Shown piece after piece: positions 8,004-16,415 of a DNA stretch of 64,000 nt. The stretch covers positions 384,001 to 448,000 of the forward strand of contig CAVXRD010000004.1 in the NCBI GenBank assembly GCA_963764165.1, read 5' to 3'. The translations under genes were made by a program, and so were the position numbers. This DNA comes from an uncultured Verrucomicrobiae bacterium. GTDB taxonomy: Bacteria; Verrucomicrobiota; Verrucomicrobiia; Limisphaerales; Palsa-1400. The notes under the pieces are model-generated. The model was not told where the DNA came from and searched no databases. It worked only from the letters and a program-made list of their open reading frames with translations. Position 1 is the stretch's first letter, and every line of letters starts with the position of its first letter.

Positions 8004-10319
8004 CTAAGGCCCTTCGAATCGAATCATTTCCAGTCCAGGTTTCGGCTGGCGCGGGTCCACGATTCCGAGCGCGATGTACGAGACTTTGTCCAACTGAGCC
8101 AGCCGTCTTTTCACATCGTCCATTCGCGCCCGCAACCCACCCGCGTCGGCCACGATTTGCCAGGCCGCCTCAAGATAATTCGTCGCGGCTAAGCTTTGCG
8201 AGCGGCGCTCGCTCCAGGCGCCATAAATTTTCTGAAGGTTGGACACAACCTCGTCCGGCTGGCTGGCATCAAAATCGGCGCGCATTTTTTTGAGCCACGC
8301 CCTGTCCGGGGGAGCGGCGGCTTTGATGGCGCTTAGGTAATTCGAGTAGAGGGCAACCGTGACCTCGTTTGAGGCATACGCAAAATAACTCGCCAGATTT
8401 CCGTTCGTCTCGTTCAAAAGCTTGCCCAGCGGCATGCCAAGCGGCTGGCACTGCTGATCAAACCGCCCCTGCAAACTGTCCACTTGTCTGCGAAGGTTTT
8501 CGCGCACACTGGCGTAATCGAGTTCGTGGCCGAAGGCCGGGACGTCATCCGGAGGCCAGTCTTTGTAAAGATATTGCGAATTCGTCCCTGCCGCCGGCAC
8601 ATAGGGATGCAATTGCCATTGGCGTCCGCCCATGAGATGGAAGTTCCTCTCCACGCTGGCGCGGACAGAATCCTGCAACCCGGCATTGTGATTGTCCTTG
8701 TCGATTCGGATGTAGCGGGCGGGAAGACGAACCGGCATGGGTGGATTATTTTCGCTGATGATGACAAGCCGGAACGGGTCGCAATTTGTTTCCGCCGGCT
8801 TAAATTGGAAATGAAGGAAATAAGAGCCCACGATCCCCGCTGCCTCAATCTTCAAGGGACCCGGTGGCGATGCAATGTAAGCATCAAACCCCAAAGTGCA
8901 TGAGAAACCCGAGCCGGCCGCTCTAAAGCTATCGGCCTTGTAGCCCTGAACTGTCATCGGCTCGCCCTGAACGTTGATCCATTGATCGCTCGCCGCTTCA
9001 AGCATGATGTTTCCCGGGGATGTGTCCAAGTACTTGTAACGATTGAGCAAGCGCAACAAAGGCTTAATCGAGTTGGTCACCGAAACGTTGGAGGCATCCT
9101 TCGCCACAATGATGAATGTTGGACCGCCAGCAACAAACTGATCCAACGCGCTGTCATCCTGAACAACGGGTTCCGGCGGCGTGGGATTCTCGGTCTTAAT
9201 ATGAGGCTGATCGGGCGCGGCTGCGACGGGTTCGGCAACCGGTGGTTCGACAGTCGCGTGAGATGAGCGGCGTTTCACCCAGAACAAAACAGCCAGGACA
9301 ATGATCACTATTCCCACCGATAAAATAGTCGCCCGGCTGATGCTCACCTGCAAACCTTCGCGCTTCGGAGGCGGCGGGCCGGGGCGGGGCAGCGTCAATT
9401 GCGGCGCATAATTGCCGGTGCTTTCTTGCTTGGGCAGCAAGCTGAGCGGTTTGCCTGCATCCGCCGCTTTCACTTCGGCTGCCGCCGCCTTTGGCGGAGC
9501 GGAAGGCAACGCCTGCGCTTTCGCGTCTTCGCGGGCCAATTTCACCAGGGAATTAGGCGGCACGCGAATCGATCTTAACGCGATGAGCTGGGCGGATTTC
9601 GCCATCGCCTGTTTGTGGGCCGGTGCATTCTCCTGGCAGGCGCGCCATTCAAAATCGTTCGGATTGTCCTCCGCCTGGAGGAAATTGGTGAACGTATGCC
9701 GCCACGGCCGCAACGGGGTCTGCCCATTGGAGTTGAGCAGTTGGAGCGTCTCACAATACATCGCCAGCACAAGCTCCTGGCTGTCGGGCGGGCAGCTCAA
9801 GTACGTCCCATGCAGCTCCAGCAATCCAGCCGCCCGGCCGCCGTCGCCAGTGACTTGCGTCCAGGTGCGCGCGGGCAGGCAATTCTTCGCGGCGGCGGCA
9901 AAACCCGAGGTGTCAATGCTGTCAAGCAATCGAGGCTCTCCCTGCCACGATGAAAGCCAGCCCGGCCAAAACCGCAAAATGGCGGCGGGCGAAGGCAGCC
10001 CGGATACTTCGTCGGGCTGGAAAATCAGATGGTGCGCAAGATGGTTTGTGCGGGCCGTGAAATCGAGTCCGCACGGCTGGATGCGCGTCAACACATAATA
10101 TTTGGCCCCGCGAAAATCGAGCAGCCGAAACGCGGAGACGGTCGGATTCCGATTCGCCGTCGCCGCCTCGGCCACCCGGATATAGTGGTAGGAACTCATC
10201 TGCTCCAGCCGCTGGGCGACAGCTTCGCGCAGGTCAGCGCTCCGGGCGACGGTGCAGAATCCTGTATGCCCGGAAAGCAGGCCGCGCGGCGCACTGGTAT
10301 AGATCAGTTGCCAGGGCAT
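8004..10319 (-). CDS. GTPase-associated protein 1 (GAP1-N2-like) with TM and C-terminal extracytoplasmic domain
   Basis: MPWQLIYTSAPRGL...GFCTVARS...SSYHY...GLDFTARTNHLAHHL matches my recollection of GAP1-N2; directly follows the GTPase; Pro-rich linker then TM (ILSVGIVIIVLAVLFWV). Confidence 0.75.
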   Translation of the reverse strand: MPWQLIYTSAPRGLLSGHTGFCTVARSADLREAVAQRLEQMSSYHYIRVAEAATANRNPTVSAFRLLDFRGAKYYVLTRIQPCGLDFTARTNHLAHHLIFQPDEVSGLPSPAAILRFWPGWLSSWQGEPRLLDSIDTSGFAAAAKNCLPARTWTQVTGDGGRAAGLLELHGTYLSCPPDSQELVLAMYCETLQLLNSNGQTPLRPWRHTFTNFLQAEDNPNDFEWRACQENAPAHKQAMAKSAQLIALRSIRVPPNSLVKLAREDAKAQALPSAPPKAAAAEVKAADAGKPLSLLPKQESTGNYAPQLTLPRPGPPPPKREGLQVSISRATILSVGIVIIVLAVLFWVKRRSSHATVEPPVAEPVAAAPDQPHIKTENPTPPEPVVQDDSALDQFVAGGPTFIIVAKDASNVSVTNSIKPLLRLLNRYKYLDTSPGNIMLEAASDQWINVQGEPMTVQGYKADSFRAAGSGFSCTLGFDAYIASPPGPLKIEAAGIVGSYFLHFQFKPAETNCDPFRLVIISENNPPMPVRLPARYIRIDKDNHNAGLQDSVRASVERNFHLMGGRQWQLHPYVPAAGTNSQYLYKDWPPDDVPAFGHELDYASVRENLRRQVDSLQGRFDQQCQPLGMPLGKLLNETNGNLASYFAYASNEVTVALYSNYLSAIKAAAPPDRAWLKKMRADFDASQPDEVVSNLQKIYGAWSERRSQSLAATNYLEAAWQIVADAGGLRARMDDVKRRLAQLDKVSYIALGIVDPRQPKPGLEMIRFEGP

Positions 10320-10326
10320 GGTTTGT

Positions 10327-12081
10327 CTACTGGCTGGGCACCAGGCCCGGTTCGATGCACGAAAGCAGCCACAAAATCGGCGTCTCGACCTGGAACGGCT
10401 TCAATTGCTTCGGGTCGGGAACAAAATCACCCGGACCCAATCTCACCGGCGAATGCCCAAACGAACTCGCCGGGAAAAACATCACCCGCGAACTGATCGA
10501 TTCCGCGTTAGCCACGATTTGCGGCGCGATGCGTTTCATCAGGCCGCGCACGTGGTCGGAATTGGATTTGACCGCGCTCAAATCCAAGGCACCGCCCGCG
10601 ATGGGCTCGTGCAACGGAGTGCCCTCAAGCAAATGTATCCACGAATCGCATTTCCCAATGACGACAGCCAGGGGAGTATGGATTTGATCCAGCAACTCAA
10701 GCTTCAACAGTTTGGAAATGCGCACTTTCATCTCCGAGAGAATCACTCCCTGCAAATCGAGGGCGGGTTTTTCCAGTTGCGGATCGTCGCGGTCAGAAAT
10801 CATGTGCCGGAAATCCGGGTTGTTGAACGGGTCGAATAGAAACAAAATCCCCGCCGAACTCGCGACATGCTGGGCGCCGGGGGACTCCACGGAATCGCGC
10901 CCCGGTTGAAAATGCTCGCCGGCGTTGTCGTAAAAAATAACCGAGCAGCGGGCTGACGGCTGGCTCGGCGAGGCGGCGGAGTAAACAAACGGTTTCGGCA
11001 GCTTGACCATTCGTCCGTAACGGGGCAGGCTCACATACATGCCGCCTTCCAGTTGTGTCTTGGCCAATCGCGCCTTCTCGGGGCTTTCGGCGCCGAAAAG
11101 CGTTTGCTTCATTTCCGTCAGCAGGGCATTGCCCGCTGGATCGGCGTCTTGAAAAACGATGTTGAAATTCTCGTACAGCTTGGTGGGCAGCATCTTCATC
11201 AGCACGCTCAAATAATAGGATTTCCCCGCGCTCTGATCACCCACGATGGAAATAATATGATGCGGCATCTCGGTGAAGCCCGGGGGCAGCACGCGGCGGC
11301 AGTGCGGACACGCTATCTCTGTGCAAGGCAGCCCAAAGGCGTCCAGCGCCTGGCCGAGATCGTTGAAACGGGTGGCCAGAAAACGCTGCGGCGCATCCTC
11401 TCCCAAAACGGGGTCGCCGCGCAGAGAATCGTGGGCGGCCAGATGCATAAGGTCGCCAAGGTCAAATTTCAACCAGCACACCGGACACGTCAGCACCCGC
11501 GGTTCGGCTTCGGTGAGGTCGGAAAGCGCTTCCATGGCCGGCTCGGCCCGTGCGAGAGCTGCCAGCGATGCCTCGACATCAAGCGCATCCTCCAACAAAA
11601 ATCCCTGGGTAACTCCGGCTGGCTGCACAAGAGATTGAGGATGGCGTCCGTTTTCGCGGGCAGCCTTTATCAACTCGCCAAAGCTAGCCGGGCCGTCGAC
11701 TTGATTGGTAAGGCCGTCGCGCAATGTCCATTGCGCGCAATCGATTCCCTGAATCCAGTCCTCGGGATTCCGTCCGCCTCGAAGCAGGACAAAATGAGCG
11801 CCGATTTTTACCGCCAGTTCGCCCTCCGAACCGAGTGGTTGGATATCCACCGGGCTGCCATTGACGGTCAGGACTCCATTGGGATCGTGCTTGATGAGGC
11901 AAAGTCCCTGCCCTTTGATTTGATTGATGGCGCAGTGGCGCTCGGCGACTCCCTGGGAAGCAAGCCGAAGATCCGCTCCATGGCCGGAGCCAATTTCAAA
12001 AGGAAGATGTTCTACAATAAACGATTCGCCCGTCAGGCAATCCACCGCGGCCCATTGACTCTTGCGCAACAGATCAAACAA
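10327..12081 (-). CDS. FHA-like + GYF_2-like + Zn-ribbon + TRAFAC-class GTPase
   Basis: G1 GDQSAGKS, G2 Thr (AKTQ), G3 DNAGE, G4 GKCD; CPVC and CPHC pairs; N-terminal FHA-like IGSG...AERHC...VNG; AGGAGG 5 nt upstream of the TTG start. Confidence 0.85.
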   Translation of the reverse strand: MFDLLRKSQWAAVDCLTGESFIVEHLPFEIGSGHGADLRLASQGVAERHCAINQIKGQGLCLIKHDPNGVLTVNGSPVDIQPLGSEGELAVKIGAHFVLLRGGRNPEDWIQGIDCAQWTLRDGLTNQVDGPASFGELIKAARENGRHPQSLVQPAGVTQGFLLEDALDVEASLAALARAEPAMEALSDLTEAEPRVLTCPVCWLKFDLGDLMHLAAHDSLRGDPVLGEDAPQRFLATRFNDLGQALDAFGLPCTEIACPHCRRVLPPGFTEMPHHIISIVGDQSAGKSYYLSVLMKMLPTKLYENFNIVFQDADPAGNALLTEMKQTLFGAESPEKARLAKTQLEGGMYVSLPRYGRMVKLPKPFVYSAASPSQPSARCSVIFYDNAGEHFQPGRDSVESPGAQHVASSAGILFLFDPFNNPDFRHMISDRDDPQLEKPALDLQGVILSEMKVRISKLLKLELLDQIHTPLAVVIGKCDSWIHLLEGTPLHEPIAGGALDLSAVKSNSDHVRGLMKRIAPQIVANAESISSRVMFFPASSFGHSPVRLGPGDFVPDPKQLKPFQVETPILWLLSCIEPGLVPSQ

Positions 12082-12179
12082 ACAATCCTCCTTTGTAATG
12101 ATTCACCCGGCCCGACATTATTTTGGTTGGTTTTAGTGGTTCAGAACAACTTCCACAGGATTCGGAGAGCTGCGCCCAT

Positions 12180-13082
12180 TTACGCCAAGGCGTCATTAAT
12201 GCGTTTGACAGCCTCGTCGATCTCGGCGCGGTTTTTGAAGCCGATCACGACGGCGTCGATTTCGGGGCGCGACATGGCGAAGCGGATCGCCTTGTCGCGA
12301 TCTTCGGCGTTCACAAACGTTCCGTTGCCGATCATCTTCATCCCGATGACTCCCCTGCCCTTGGCTTTCATCGTTTTCAATTCCGCCAGAACGGGATCGA
12401 CCGGGCTTTTGGCCATGTTGAATCCCTGATTATCGCCATCCATGAAGGCACCCTGCGGGTTGACGCGAACAAGGTGAACTTCCGTCCAATCCGTTTTGGT
12501 CGCCCCGCGCAAAGCGGGCAAACTGTGGCAGGAGACGCCTTTGGCCCGAATCCACTTTTTCTCTTTCGCTTCGTCAAAGCCGTCCATGATGCGTTTCCAC
12601 GAATCCGTCCAGCCGTCCTGAATCATGCAATGGATCAAGAGGCTGTCAACGTAATCTGTGTCAAATGCTTTTCGATGACTGTCGATTTCGGCCAGAATGT
12701 TTTCGGGTTTGCCCCAGACCTTTGACTGGATGTAGAGCTTCTCGCGCGGCAAGCCTTTGATCGCCCCGCCGAGCCACGGGAAGGTTTTGTAATTGTGCGC
12801 GCAATCAAAATACGTGATGCCCTGATCGTAAGCGTAATGAATCAAGCTGTTGAATTGCTCCTGGCCAAGGCTGAATTGGACGTTTCCGCTATCGCTGCCC
12901 GTGCCCATGCCGAGGCGGCTCAGCTTGATGCCGGTTTTGCCGAGGGTGACTTGGTCGGCGGAAGTTCTTTTGCCGGAGGGCGTCGGCAGGCTTTGTCCCA
13001 GAAGTGAACCGGAAGCCAGCACGAGGCTGCCAGCGGCTGCGGTGCGTTCCAGAAATTGGCGGCGCGTGATTCGATTCTTCAT
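12180..13082 (-). CDS. Tat-exported aldo/keto reductase
   Basis: TRRQFL signal; LGKTGIKLSRLGMGT, GITYFDCAHNY, IQSK, DSLLIH; start moved to MKNRITRR. Confidence 0.9.
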   Translation of the reverse strand: MKNRITRRQFLERTAAAGSLVLASGSLLGQSLPTPSGKRTSADQVTLGKTGIKLSRLGMGTGSDSGNVQFSLGQEQFNSLIHYAYDQGITYFDCAHNYKTFPWLGGAIKGLPREKLYIQSKVWGKPENILAEIDSHRKAFDTDYVDSLLIHCMIQDGWTDSWKRIMDGFDEAKEKKWIRAKGVSCHSLPALRGATKTDWTEVHLVRVNPQGAFMDGDNQGFNMAKSPVDPVLAELKTMKAKGRGVIGMKMIGNGTFVNAEDRDKAIRFAMSRPEIDAVVIGFKNRAEIDEAVKRINDALA

Positions 13083-13333
13083 AAATCTCAGTTCTCGCAA
13101 CCGCGACATCTTCTGCCGCGGCAGTGGCGAAGCGAGATTAGCCGACACGCAGAATGTGTGCAAGACTTCGCTAGCAGGTCAATCTGAAGAGACAGGATCA
13201 TGGCAAAATTGCTGCCGCTTTCGGAGATTTGTCTGTTTCCCGTTCAAGAAGAAAAATTTGAACACGAGGAAGACCGAGGGAGTGGAGACGGAAAAATCAT
13301 TGTGGGGCAAAAGACCAGAAATGATGCCAAGGC

Positions 13334-13361
13334 TTGATTTTGAGGCGAACTTCGGCATCCT
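13334..13361 (+). promoter_or_regulatory. Putative sigma70-type promoter for the structured RNA candidate
   Basis: TTGATT (13334-39), 16 nt, CATCCT (13356-61); predicted start near 13366-13368, the 5' end of the closing helix. Confidence 0.4.
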
Positions 13362-13365
13362 CCTT

Positions 13366-13479
13366 GTGACGGAGGGGAAGGACATCCCTAAAGGGACACC
13401 AGAGGCCGCAAGGCTGACCGCGCCCAGGGGCTTGGGCACCGTTCGCGTAATAGTCAGGCGCGAGCCTAGCCTCCGTCAC
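13366..13479 (+). ncRNA. Candidate 114-nt multi-stem structured RNA of unknown family
   Basis: Perfect 10-bp terminal helix GTGACGGAGG/CCTCCGTCAC enclosing TCCC-TAAA-GGGA, GGCC-GCAA-GGCT, GCCCAG/TTGGGC and AGGC-GCGA-GCCT hairpins. Confidence 0.5.
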
Positions 13480-13511
13480 TTCAAAAAATCATCTCCCCCG
13501 AATGCGGGATG

Positions 13512-13541
13512 TTGACGCGCCCGCGCTGCTCGTATCATACT
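13512..13541 (+). promoter_or_regulatory. Putative sigma70 promoter giving a leaderless transcript of the oxidoreductase
   Basis: TTGACG (13512-17), 18 nt, CATACT (13536-41), then ATG at 13548. Confidence 0.5.
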
Positions 13542-13547
13542 GCTCAA

Positions 13548-14975
13548 ATGAAGAACACTCACTTGCAACGCACGAAAATTTCTCCTGTCAGCCATTCTGT
13601 CTCGCGCCGGCAATTTCTCCGCGCCGGGGCACTGGGGGCGGCGGCCCTTTCCTTTCCCTACGTCGGAAGAGTCCTCGGGGCCAACGACCAGATCAACGTC
13701 GCCTGCATCGGCGTCCACGGCAAAGGCGACAGCGATGTCAGCGACACCGCGCGTTGCGGGGGGAATATCGTGGCCCTTTGCGATGTCGATGCCAACAGCC
13801 TGGCAGACAAGGCGAAGCAATTCCCCAACGCCAAACGCTATAACGATTTCCGCAAAATGTTCGATGAGATGGAGAAGAACTTCGATGCGGTCACAGTTTC
13901 GATACCTGATCATTGCCATGGCCTGGCGACGATCATGGCGCTCAAGGCGAACAAACACGTCTACTGCCAGAAGCCATTGACGCAGACGATTTACGAGGCC
14001 CGCCAGGTGCGCGAGCTGGCGGCGAAGAAAAAACATCTGGCCACGCAGATGGGAAACCAGGGAAGCGCCAATGACGGGCTGCGCCGCGCGGTGGAAATTA
14101 TCCAATCGGGCCTCATTGGCAACGTGCATGAACTTCACGTCTGGACAAATCGCCCGATCTGGCCGCAAGGACTCAACCGTCCCGCGGGATCGGACCCGAT
14201 TCCTGATCATTTGAATTGGGACGCGTGGATTGGCCCAGCCCAAATGCGCCCGTTCAAAGCCGACACCTATCACGATTTCAAATGGCGCGGCTGGTATGAT
14301 TTCGGCACCGGCGCGCTGGGCGACATGGCCTGCCACCTTGTCAACATGCCGTTCCGTGCCTTGAAGATGGGTTATCCGACCGTCGTGGAATGCGAAGCGG
14401 CGTCCCAACTTTTCCCCGAGACATTCCCCAAGACCTCGCGCATCCGTTTTGAGTTCCCCGAGCGTGAGGGCCTCGTCCCGCTGAAATTCTGGTGGTATGA
14501 CGGCAATCCCGATGACAAGGATACGCCAGCGCTGCGCCCCTCCAAGGAAGTCGCGGCGGAATTGCTCGATATGTATGACAACAAACTTCCCAGCGGCGGC
14601 TTTCTCATCGTGGGCGACAAAGGAAAACTCTTTTCGCCGAACGATTACGCGGCCAATTCCATGCTCATGCTCGCGGGCGACAAAGGATTCGCCGCCACCG
14701 AAAAGCACGAAGCCGCCAACGCCGTTCCCAAAACTATTCCGCGCTCACCCGGCCACAACGAAGAATGGTTCCGCATGATGCGCACCGGCGAGCCGGCGTA
14801 TTCCAATTTCTCGATCGCCGCGAAATTGACCGAGATTATTCTTCTGGGCTGCGTTGCGCTGCGAGTGGGAGTTGGCAAAAATATGGCATGGCACGGCGAT
14901 GCAATGAAGTCGCCCAATTGCCCGGAGGCGAAACAATTCCTTCGCCGGCAAAACCGTGTCGGCTGGACGGTGTGA
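13548..14975 (+). CDS. Tat-exported Gfo/Idh/MocA family oxidoreductase
   Basis: SRRQFL signal; INVACIGVHGKG, IPDHCH, KHVYCQKPL, GALGDMACH. Confidence 0.92.
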   Translation: MKNTHLQRTKISPVSHSVSRRQFLRAGALGAAALSFPYVGRVLGANDQINVACIGVHGKGDSDVSDTARCGGNIVALCDVDANSLADKAKQFPNAKRYNDFRKMFDEMEKNFDAVTVSIPDHCHGLATIMALKANKHVYCQKPLTQTIYEARQVRELAAKKKHLATQMGNQGSANDGLRRAVEIIQSGLIGNVHELHVWTNRPIWPQGLNRPAGSDPIPDHLNWDAWIGPAQMRPFKADTYHDFKWRGWYDFGTGALGDMACHLVNMPFRALKMGYPTVVECEAASQLFPETFPKTSRIRFEFPEREGLVPLKFWWYDGNPDDKDTPALRPSKEVAAELLDMYDNKLPSGGFLIVGDKGKLFSPNDYAANSMLMLAGDKGFAATEKHEAANAVPKTIPRSPGHNEEWFRMMRTGEPAYSNFSIAAKLTEIILLGCVALRVGVGKNMAWHGDAMKSPNCPEAKQFLRRQNRVGWTV

Positions 14976-15073
14976 AGGTAGCGCCTCGCCGAGGCGTCCG
15001 GGGATTCGCTTAGATACGGCGTATTGAAGAATTCAACCGTCGGCGCGGGTGCCTCGGCGAGGCGCCCGTACCT
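14975..15073. repeat. GTAG-type REP-like inverted doublet
   Basis: aaggtagcgcctcgccgaggcgtccg and inverted cgggtgcctcggcgaggcgcccgtacctt, each containing the hairpin gcctc-gcc-gaggc; related single arm at 45241-45268. Confidence 0.6.
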
Positions 15074-15117
15074 TTGCTTGTTGTCGTGAGAGGAATTTTG
15101 GTAACATCGAAAATCGG

Positions 15118-16371
15118 ATGAAAGCCCGGTTCGCGCTTCTTATTTTGCTGGCCAATGCCGCCGCCCTCGCGGTTGGTTGGGTTTGGATTGGCAATTATTG
15201 GAGCAGCCAAAATTCGCGCGAGCGGGAATCAACGCAATCGCAAATCAATGCGTGGAAAGCCAAAGCCGAGGCTCCCCATCGCATGCCGCCGCCCCCTCCC
15301 CGCATCGTTTTCGAGACGAACGATTTTCATTGGAGCCAGCTTGAATCGACCAATTACCGCGTCTACATCGCCAATCTCCGCGGCGTCGGCTGTCCGGAGA
15401 GCACCATCAAGGACATCATCATCACGGATGTCATGCGGCTCTACGCGCAGAAGCGCGGGCAGTTCGCCCATAATGGCAAGCCGTTCAAGTATTGGGAAAC
15501 CAACGACAAGTATAAACTCAAGCAGGCGCAGCTCGTTGAACGCGACCGGCAGCTGGCGCAGATCGACAAGGAGCTTCCAGCCGTGCTGCGGGAATTGCTG
15601 GGAATTAATTACGAGCGCGAGTTGAACAAATATTTTGTTGACGCGGACGAGGATGGCAGCCGCCTCGGTTTCCTTTCCGATGACAAACGCGACAAGGCGC
15701 TGGCCCTGCGCGACGAATACGAAGGCAAACGCGAGCGCATTTTATACAATGTGGAAAATGGAAAGCCGACCGCTCTGCAAATCGATCAGTTGCACGAACT
15801 CGAACGCCAGCAAAGCGATGCTTTGGCGCAACTGCTCGGCCCGCGGGAAAAGGAGCAATACGAACTGAGCACCTCCCCGACTGCGGACCGGCTGCGCCAG
15901 CAATTGATCGGCTTCAATCCGACTGAGGACGAATTTCGCGCCTTGTATGCCAAACAAAAGGCCATCGATGACGCCTACGAGTTCGAGGACACCAACGACA
16001 CGACAGTCGCCGCCGCCAAAGCGGCCGACCTTGCGAAAATGATGAACGATTTCAAGGCCGGCCTGGCCGGCAGCCGCGTCGCGCAGTTCGACCGCTCGCA
16101 GGATCCCGAGTACCAAAACCTGACAGAATTAAGCGAGCAATTCGACCTGCCGGCCGACGCGTCGGATACTCTTCTTGACATGCGCCAGGCGGCCGAACAG
16201 GAGAAACAGATATTGCTGTCAAACACATCGATTCCCGCCGATCGGATCGAGACCGCGCTCCAAGCCATCCAGGCGGAGACGGAAAAAGCAGCCCGCCAAA
16301 CGCTCGGCGAACAGGCTTTTGCGCAATATCAGCAGACTGCCGCCTGGATCAAGAATCTCGGGAAGAACTGA
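15118..16371 (+). CDS. Membrane-anchored alpha-helical protein of unknown function
   Basis: N-terminal hydrophobic segment, FHWSQLESTNYRVYIANLRGVGCPESTIKDII block, repeated LG..e..qY helical units; start set at MKARF. Confidence 0.8.
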   Translation: MKARFALLILLANAAALAVGWVWIGNYWSSQNSRERESTQSQINAWKAKAEAPHRMPPPPPRIVFETNDFHWSQLESTNYRVYIANLRGVGCPESTIKDIIITDVMRLYAQKRGQFAHNGKPFKYWETNDKYKLKQAQLVERDRQLAQIDKELPAVLRELLGINYERELNKYFVDADEDGSRLGFLSDDKRDKALALRDEYEGKRERILYNVENGKPTALQIDQLHELERQQSDALAQLLGPREKEQYELSTSPTADRLRQQLIGFNPTEDEFRALYAKQKAIDDAYEFEDTNDTTVAAAKAADLAKMMNDFKAGLAGSRVAQFDRSQDPEYQNLTELSEQFDLPADASDTLLDMRQAAEQEKQILLSNTSIPADRIETALQAIQAETEKAARQTLGEQAFAQYQQTAAWIKNLGKN

Positions 16372-16415
16372 CATGCAATCGCGAAGCGAGGCGTCTCTGC
16401 CTATATCTGCCTTGC

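Noticed and set aside
11053..12429. 458-aa plus-strand ORF and similar ones (5379-6404, 1539-2324)
   Set aside because: Antisense shadows of well-supported genes in GC-rich DNA, with no motifs
13366..13479. Identification as 5S rRNA, SRP RNA, tRNA or SAM-I riboswitch
   Set aside because: Length and closing helix are suggestive, but the conserved sequence motifs of each are absent
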